Position numbers and translations under genes: made by a program. Below, piece after piece: positions 58,057 to 64,000 of a stretch of 64,000 nt of DNA; positions within the stretch are counted from its first letter, which is position 1, and every line of letters begins with the position of its first letter. The DNA comes from Patescibacteria group bacterium. Lineage in GTDB: Bacteria > Patescibacteriota > Microgenomatia > UBA12405. The stretch spans positions 5,357 through 69,356 of the forward strand of contig WARW01000022.1 of NCBI GenBank assembly GCA_013387215.1, written 5' to 3'. The notes below the pieces were generated by a model that saw only the letters and a list, made by a program, of their open reading frames with translations, ran no database searches and was not told the DNA's origin.

Positions 58057-59727
58057 TCATTTTCTTACTTTATAAACTCGAATTTGACTGTTTTCATAAA
58101 TTTTATCAATTTGAAGATCAAATGGAGATAATTTGAAATTTTGATTATCAACAAGATAAATATAGCCAATATTATTGTTTAAGAGAAAACCTCTTGCAAA
58201 GTATTTATCGTCAGTTGTGAAAAATTTAGTCTCGTCACTCAAACGATTTTGCCAATTATATCCAGTAATATCTAGATTCATCTCATCTTCCATAAAGGTT
58301 GGTTTTTGAGAGTATGCAGAAACATAGCCAGTGGTTTCATACATATATAAAGGAATGGGAGTTGATTTGTTTGTTTTTAAATATTTATTGTATGGAAAAG
58401 TTAAGACATTTCCTTGAGGTAATGATTTTAAATGATTTAAGCCATCCAGTTCATTGTTACTAATATAAGCATGAGCAGGATTACTCAAGAAAGTTTTTAT
58501 TGAATCAAAATTGGAAATAAATGAAGTGATTAATATAATTGCTATAATTGTTTTTCCAAGTTTTATTTTTTCAATATTAACTAAGTATTGAGCTAATAAA
58601 AAATTAGAGAAGAACAATCCATAATAAAGAAATTGAATAGTATTCCAACTAGTGCCTTTTTGAATAAATAACAAAGGTAAAATAATCGTAAAAATTATAG
58701 TAATGAATAGTTGTAGATAAAAATTGTTTATTATTTTTCTTAAAGACAGAAAACCAAGCAAACGCCAACTGAAATTCCCCACTATAAAGACTATTATTCC
58801 AAATATATAAATTAGAAGAAGTTTAGGGCCAATTTGGCCGGTGCTTTCTAATGCATAACGTAAATTAGTTATACGACCAATATATAGCCTGTCGGTGGCT
58901 TCAAATAAAGTATTGGTGAACCATAGAGGTTTAAAAATAAAGAGACCTCCAGTGCTAGTGTTAAATATTGAATAGACTGAAAATCCGACAGTAGCGGAAA
59001 TTATCAAAATTATAAGCGGAATAAAATATCTTTTCTTAAGTGCGTATAAACTATATATTCCAAAAAAGAAAAGCATTACAACTCCACCGTATGCTTTGGT
59101 GATGGGTAAAAGCGATAAGAGAATGATTAATAATATGGAATTTTTTAGAGAAAGTTTTTCCTTTTGAATAATAATGTATAAAATTATCAAAATAAAAAGA
59201 ATGGATAAGGCATATGGAGGATTTAGTTGATTTGAGATTGACTGCATGGCCCAAAAAGTAGATTCACCAGCTAGATGTCCATCTTTAATAAGAGAAATGA
59301 TCCAGCCTAAAGAATTAGCAAAAGTGTTTAAAAAGGCAAGATAAATTCCACCGGAAAATTTATTGGTTAATTTTCTACCAATAATAAAACTAAGAGATAC
59401 AGTAAAAAACGATGTAATGATAGGAACAATTTGAAATAGCCAAATAGACGATGATATGTGTGTGATCCGTGAAAGTGTAGAAATTAAGATATCAAAAAAA
59501 GGATGATAATTATGCAGCTTTTCTCCTGAAAATATTGGCATTTCAATACTAATTGGATTTTTAATATTGTTGATTAAACTCAAATGCCAAACAGCGTCGT
59601 GACCATTACTGCCCCAAAATCCTACACCATATGAATATTTAAGACCGTTTCTAATAACAGGCAGCACTTGAAAAAAGCTTAATAAAATTAGAAATATCAA
59701 AAGAATTATTTTTTGTTTCTTACGCAT
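58057..59727 (-). CDS. Polytopic GT-C-like membrane protein with STT3/AglB-like layout but no WWDYG
   Basis: GHDAVWH (DxxxH) after TM1, NYHPFF and about 12 TMs. Soluble C-terminus: ELDGLNHLK...VLT...TGYVSAYSQKPTF...KFFTTDD..A..FL.NNNIGYIYL. Confidence 0.55.
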   Translation of the reverse strand: MRKKQKIILLIFLILLSFFQVLPVIRNGLKYSYGVGFWGSNGHDAVWHLSLINNIKNPISIEMPIFSGEKLHNYHPFFDILISTLSRITHISSSIWLFQIVPIITSFFTVSLSFIIGRKLTNKFSGGIYLAFLNTFANSLGWIISLIKDGHLAGESTFWAMQSISNQLNPPYALSILFILIILYIIIQKEKLSLKNSILLIILLSLLPITKAYGGVVMLFFFGIYSLYALKKRYFIPLIILIISATVGFSVYSIFNTSTGGLFIFKPLWFTNTLFEATDRLYIGRITNLRYALESTGQIGPKLLLIYIFGIIVFIVGNFSWRLLGFLSLRKIINNFYLQLFITIIFTIILPLLFIQKGTSWNTIQFLYYGLFFSNFLLAQYLVNIEKIKLGKTIIAIILITSFISNFDSIKTFLSNPAHAYISNNELDGLNHLKSLPQGNVLTFPYNKYLKTNKSTPIPLYMYETTGYVSAYSQKPTFMEDEMNLDITGYNWQNRLSDETKFFTTDDKYFARGFLLNNNIGYIYLVDNQNFKLSPFDLQIDKIYENSQIRVYKVRK

Positions 59728-61160
59728 GCAATTTGGTCAATAAACCATCTAACTTCACTTTTTGAAAAGATAACATGGAATAGAGAATAAGCAATTATTC
59801 CTATTAAAACTTTTCCAATCATATTTACCCAGATATTTAAATTTAAGGTTTGGAATATTAAGACAAAAATAATCATTAAAGATGTGGCTAGAAGCGGATT
59901 CAACATGACCTTAAAAACATTTACTGAAAATACTTTATGTGCAGAGAACCAAACAAAAACAGAGCTACAACCAACAATTAAGGTGGCTATAGAAGTTCCA
60001 ACAAATCCATATTTAATACTAAGTAATGGATAAAATATCCAGGTTAAAACTGTCCACATGATCATAAATTTGGTCGTAAGGCCAATTTTTCCAATAGCAT
60101 TAAAAGCGTTTGTTAGAGGGGTGGTGACAGAAGCAATTCCCGCATTTATGGCTAAAAAGTATAAAGGTAATATTGCCGGAGCCCATTTGGTGTATTTTGG
60201 AATTATATTAATAATATCTGGGGCTACTAGAGCAATTCCTGCCGAAACCGGGAAAACGAAAAAAGCAATAAAATATATACTTCTTTCCAAAGATTTTTTT
60301 AACATCTCTTTATGTTCTTGAAGTCGTGAAAAGGTTGGGAAAGTGACTCTCATGATAGCATCCATAAAACTTAAAGGAATGCGAGGACCTTTTTGAGCCC
60401 AAGATAAAATACCAAAATTATCACGTCCAATTATGCCGGCAACAAGTAGGTTTGATAGTCTGTCTTTTGCTACTGCAATAAATGAATTCAGTTGAAAAGG
60501 TATGCCATATTTAAATAATCCTTTGGCAGTAGTTTTAGAAAAAGAATACCCAATCGGCCATGGACTAAATTTATAGATTATTATTAAACCTAGAATGCTT
60601 CGGATAAAAGTTGATATGGCATATGAATAAGCACCAAAGTGTAAAAATGCAAAAATAACAGCAAATATATAAAAACTAGTATTTTCAATAATATCTATTG
60701 TAGAAATTAAACGAAAATTTAAATTTCTTTCTAGTTGAACTGAGGGAATAGTTTTAAGAGAAGCAACGAAAAAGGAAAAACAAAGCGAAATAAATATCCA
60801 AAATTCTTTTGAACCATAGCCTTTTGTTTGGCTGATATGAGTATAAAGAACACCAATCACTACTAAAGAAATTAGAACAAGAAGCTGCTGAATTACAAAA
60901 GTTGTTTGGAGTTCTTCTTTGGTAACTTTATCTTTTTTCTGAATTAAAGCAGCAGCCAGTCCAACATCAGAAAAATAACCTAATATTCCAACTGATTCTG
61001 CTACTACTGCGAATAAGCCAACTTCTCCAGTACCTAAAAGAATTGTTAAAAGAAAAAAACCAACTGTGGAAATTGATTGGATTCCGAAGTTTCTTATTGT
61101 TAAAAACAAAACGTTTTTAGTTGTTTTTTGTTTTATTTCTTGAAAATCAATTTGCTCCAT
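59706..61160 (-). CDS. wzx: Wzx/MOP-family oligosaccharide flippase
   Basis: About 12-14 TMs; FSDVGLAAALIQKK, LERNLNF, GIPFQ, VTFPTFSRLQ and KW.PA patterns typical of WzxC-like flippases. Confidence 0.88.
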   Translation of the reverse strand: MEQIDFQEIKQKTTKNVLFLTIRNFGIQSISTVGFFLLTILLGTGEVGLFAVVAESVGILGYFSDVGLAAALIQKKDKVTKEELQTTFVIQQLLVLISLVVIGVLYTHISQTKGYGSKEFWIFISLCFSFFVASLKTIPSVQLERNLNFRLISTIDIIENTSFYIFAVIFAFLHFGAYSYAISTFIRSILGLIIIYKFSPWPIGYSFSKTTAKGLFKYGIPFQLNSFIAVAKDRLSNLLVAGIIGRDNFGILSWAQKGPRIPLSFMDAIMRVTFPTFSRLQEHKEMLKKSLERSIYFIAFFVFPVSAGIALVAPDIINIIPKYTKWAPAILPLYFLAINAGIASVTTPLTNAFNAIGKIGLTTKFMIMWTVLTWIFYPLLSIKYGFVGTSIATLIVGCSSVFVWFSAHKVFSVNVFKVMLNPLLATSLMIIFVLIFQTLNLNIWVNMIGKVLIGIIAYSLFHVIFSKSEVRWFIDQIACVRNKK

Positions 61161-62869
61161 AGTGGTTTAGTTAAGTAGACGGCAAGCAATGCCCAAGCGA
61201 CCAATGAGATGTAATTCGAAATTGTTCTAATTGGTGTATTTTTAAGTTTAACAAATATTTGATGGTCGCCTGCTTTTAAATCCACAACCATGCGACCATA
61301 AGTGTTTTCGATTTGATAATCTATTTTTTGGTTTTTATCTGTAATTTCGAAATTAGGGAATGCAAGCTGCGAGATGGTAACTTTTGCATCTTTGTTTAAT
61401 GAAATGTTGAAATATAGCCAATCTGTCCCCTTCTTTTGTCCTGAAAGATTATATTGAACTGTATCTGGAGAAACTTCATCAACATATGGTTTGGCTTCTG
61501 CTTTGGCAGCAATACTAGCAGTTAAAGGCAAATAGTCATAAATTCCTGAAGTTATTTGATTAGTCCATGCTTTTCCTGAAAATTTTTGTTCATCTGTTAT
61601 TGGACCGCTGGTGATGGGAAAGAAGTAATTTACGTTGATTAAAATTAAAGCAATCAGAGTTAAAGTAATTGCTATTTTTACAAGTTTTTCTTTAAGAAAC
61701 TTGCTAAGCAAAAATGGCAAAACACCTACGGATAAAGATAGTAAAAAGGCAGTGTGATTTAAGAATCTCCATGGAAATTGAATTTGCTGTAGTGTTGGAA
61801 AAAGTTTCCAGATAAAAGTCGACTTGTTGTGGGTCATTAGGGCTGCTCCAAAACCAAGTGTTAAAACCAAGAGTGAAACTAGAATTCGATGATCAAGAGT
61901 TTTTCTTTTTATAAATAAAAATATTGATGTAAATATAATTAAGACTGGGATTATCCAATGAAGGTAGCCGATCATATAGGAAAAACCATCATATGGGCCC
62001 CAAACAGATGGACCATCGCCCCAAAAGTTACTGTAAAAAAGTTGTTTTAGGGTTGTGAAATGAACATCATAGGTGTAGTAACCTGTAAACATAGTGGCGA
62101 TATGAGTGTATTTTGTTTCCGCTAATAGAGGTAGGGTAAAAAAAGCGACTAGTGCCAAGGAAAATATGCCTGAGAAGATAAATTTAATAAATAAAGGAAT
62201 TTCTTTAATGAATTTTTTGATAAAGTTTTTTTCTTCTATAATTAGCCAAAAGATACACCATACTACAAGTATTGGTGTAAACGTTAAAACCATGGGGTTG
62301 TGAGATAAAAATAATCCTGCAAAGCTAAGCGATAATCCGACTGCACTACTAATTTTTTTATCGAGAATTAACTTTCTGGAAAAGTAAAATATCAGAGGAA
62401 AAAATACAGCTGCCCAAGCTTCATTCATAGCTCCACGAACATAAATGTTGACGGCATGGTAAGGTGCATATGCATAGAATAATGCTGCAATTAGACCACC
62501 TACGTTACCAAATACGGAAGAAGCCAAAAGAAACATGAAAAAAGTTGAAAGAATTATCTGGGTAATAGCAGTTAACTTTACGGTGCCTACAAATGAAACG
62601 CCAAAGGTTCGATAAATTTGTCCAACGATATATGGCATTGGCGGATAAAAGTTAAATAGCGGATAACCATATTCATAGCCAAGATCAGGTGTCCAGCGAC
62701 AGGGTATTTGTCCATCTTTAAGACATTTTTCTAGTTCAAGCTGACGAATCATCTGCATATCGTCATGCATGTTGTAGTATCCGGGTTTAGTTAAAGCAAA
62801 AAAAGTTGGGAATATGCCTATGAGTAAGACAATTAAAAAAAATAAAGGAGATTTTTTGAATTTAAACAT
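61133..62869 (-). CDS. GT-C membrane protein, PTPS-related/YfhO-like family
   Basis: MHDD, GYEYGYPLFNFYPP, YVRGAMNE, SHN and QFPWRFL; paralogue of 38837..40510. Confidence 0.8.
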   Translation of the reverse strand: MFKFKKSPLFFLIVLLIGIFPTFFALTKPGYYNMHDDMQMIRQLELEKCLKDGQIPCRWTPDLGYEYGYPLFNFYPPMPYIVGQIYRTFGVSFVGTVKLTAITQIILSTFFMFLLASSVFGNVGGLIAALFYAYAPYHAVNIYVRGAMNEAWAAVFFPLIFYFSRKLILDKKISSAVGLSLSFAGLFLSHNPMVLTFTPILVVWCIFWLIIEEKNFIKKFIKEIPLFIKFIFSGIFSLALVAFFTLPLLAETKYTHIATMFTGYYTYDVHFTTLKQLFYSNFWGDGPSVWGPYDGFSYMIGYLHWIIPVLIIFTSIFLFIKRKTLDHRILVSLLVLTLGFGAALMTHNKSTFIWKLFPTLQQIQFPWRFLNHTAFLLSLSVGVLPFLLSKFLKEKLVKIAITLTLIALILINVNYFFPITSGPITDEQKFSGKAWTNQITSGIYDYLPLTASIAAKAEAKPYVDEVSPDTVQYNLSGQKKGTDWLYFNISLNKDAKVTISQLAFPNFEITDKNQKIDYQIENTYGRMVVDLKAGDHQIFVKLKNTPIRTISNYISLVAWALLAVYLTKPLWSKLIFKK

Positions 62870-62875
62870 CTTATT

Positions 62876-62881
62876 ATTCTA
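62876..62881 (-). promoter_or_regulatory. -10 box TAGAAT 6 nt upstream of ATG 62869
   Basis: Minus strand reads cggTAGAATaataagATG. Confidence 0.5.
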
Positions 62882-62895
62882 CCGTACAAAAGAAT

Positions 62896-64000
62896 CTATA
62901 ACTTATATAAAAGTAATTTATCACTATTAGGTTTATCGTATGACTTAATTAAAGTTAATTTTTGGACTTCAGCTGGCAGTAGTTTCAAACGAGATTGGTT
63001 TATTAATAAATACACTTCATCGCCATAATTTTTAGCAATAGTCAGTTTTTCTGGAATTAAAGTGAACTCAAGACCAACACCAAAAACGGTTAATTGATTG
63101 GTATTTTGGGTGTAAATCATTAAACCATCCGGCAGTGTTCCGAAGTAACCTTCTGTTCCAACGATAACATTTTTTTCTAGTGTTCTTGATTTTAAATATG
63201 TGGAAGCATCTTTAATTCCCCAACCTGATGTCCAATCGGAAATATAACCGACTTCTGTTGATGGCAGATTAATGGTTTTTGGGTTTAAAGAGATTTTATA
63301 TATAAGGTTTGCGTTTAATATAATTAAAAGTATTAGTGCTAAACAGCACACAAAAATATTAGTAACATTTTTAATCTGTGTTAGAAGGTAAAAAATACCT
63401 ATAGAAAGCAAGATAATTAAGGGTGAGAGAGTGTAAAGAATATATCGAGCTGTAAAAACTTTAGCTATGCCTGCATCGGCAATTAAAGGCAATATCCACC
63501 AAAAGAAAATAATTAAAACAGATAAATTTAATTTATTCTGCTTTGATTTTAAGAAAATAAGAAGGAAACCAATGATAGAAAAAATAATAATCGGCAATGA
63601 AATATAGCTATTATATATGTGAAAAATATCAAAGATATGAGGTTTTAAAGGATCGAGTGGATGTTTTAATATTTCAGTTATTGGCCAGACATAATCTTTG
63701 TTTCTCAAAGAGATCATATTAAACTGAGGTCCGAGTCTTAAAATGTTATAAAAACAAAAGGAAATAAGGCTGGCAATAGCAGCAAGTATGTAGGATTTAT
63801 AATTTTTATAATTAAAAAAGATAACGGTAAATGCAGATAATGCAATAAAAAATATTGCCGGAGACTTTGTTAGCCACGCAAGTCCAAGAACACCGCCAAG
63901 AATCAAGGTGAGATCTAGCCTTTTATATTTTGCGTTAAGTAAGGATAATAAAATAGAAACTATTCCAAAAAATGCCAATAAATTATCTGGAAGAGCCATA
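62896..64000 (-). CDS. GT-C ArnT/PMT-like membrane glycosyltransferase, 5'-truncated by window edge
   Basis: Internal-type motifs (MALPD, GLAWLTK, FTARY, WTSGWG); frame is open to the edge. Confidence 0.75.
   Translation of the reverse strand, partial: MALPDNLLAFFGIVSILLSLLNAKYKRLDLTLILGGVLGLAWLTKSPAIFFIALSAFTVIFFNYKNYKSYILAAIASLISFCFYNILRLGPQFNMISLRNKDYVWPITEILKHPLDPLKPHIFDIFHIYNSYISLPIIIFSIIGFLLIFLKSKQNKLNLSVLIIFFWWILPLIADAGIAKVFTARYILYTLSPLIILLSIGIFYLLTQIKNVTNIFVCCLALILLIILNANLIYKISLNPKTINLPSTEVGYISDWTSGWGIKDASTYLKSRTLEKNVIVGTEGYFGTLPDGLMIYTQNTNQLTVFGVGLEFTLIPEKLTIAKNYGDEVYLLINQSRLKLLPAEVQKLTLIKSYDKPNSDKLLLYKL

Noticed and set aside
3762-62303. About 25 short (60-181 aa) ORFs in the track, e.g. 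3762..3989, 9144..9428, 18240..18614, 21790..22335, 23838..24173, 55930..56202, 60058..60321
   Set aside because: All lie antisense or out of frame within well-supported genes and show no recognisable motifs; treated as shadow ORFs.
1-64000. tRNA/rRNA, CRISPR array, IS/integrase or invertase explaining the orientation flips
   Set aside because: Intergenic gaps are all under about 90 bp; I saw no repeat-spacer pattern, recombinase ORF or flanking inverted repeats by eye.

Overview
This window is one very AT-rich, gene-dense 64-kb surface-glycosylation locus of about 52 CDS. I found no RNA genes, CRISPR arrays or mobile elements, and the locus runs off both ends. It contains: (i) NDP-sugar tailoring enzymes (split transketolase-like pair, a YerE-like ThDP enzyme with an SDR and a DdhC/RfbH-type 3-dehydrase, WecB, several SAM methyltransferases, an OafA-type acyltransferase); (ii) four cobalamin-binding radical SAM enzymes and one SPASM/twitch radical SAM enzyme among the glycosyltransferase (GT) genes; (iii) two glycan export routes, Wzm/Wzt ABC and a Wzx-type flippase; (iv) about 14 soluble GT2/GT4 enzymes, including two polyprenyl-phosphate sugar synthases and an ALG11-like GT4; (v) about 16 predicted GT-C-fold membrane glycosyltransferases, seven of which are ArnT/PMT-like paralogues sharing a DExxxxY..xxDxxG motif. 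One membrane protein overlapping the flippase has an STT3/AglB-like layout but no WWDYG motif. My best candidate for an undescribed system is a dolichol-pathway-like glycosylation machinery (flippase, atypical oligosaccharyltransferase-like enzyme, GT-C array) coupled to radical-SAM sugar tailoring. Many genes have a TANNNT -10 box 5-7 nt before the start codon and no Shine-Dalgarno, which suggests leaderless mRNAs. The overall style suggests a Patescibacteria (CPR, Microgenomates-like) genome; this is inference only. All functional calls come from motif recognition by eye, with no database search.
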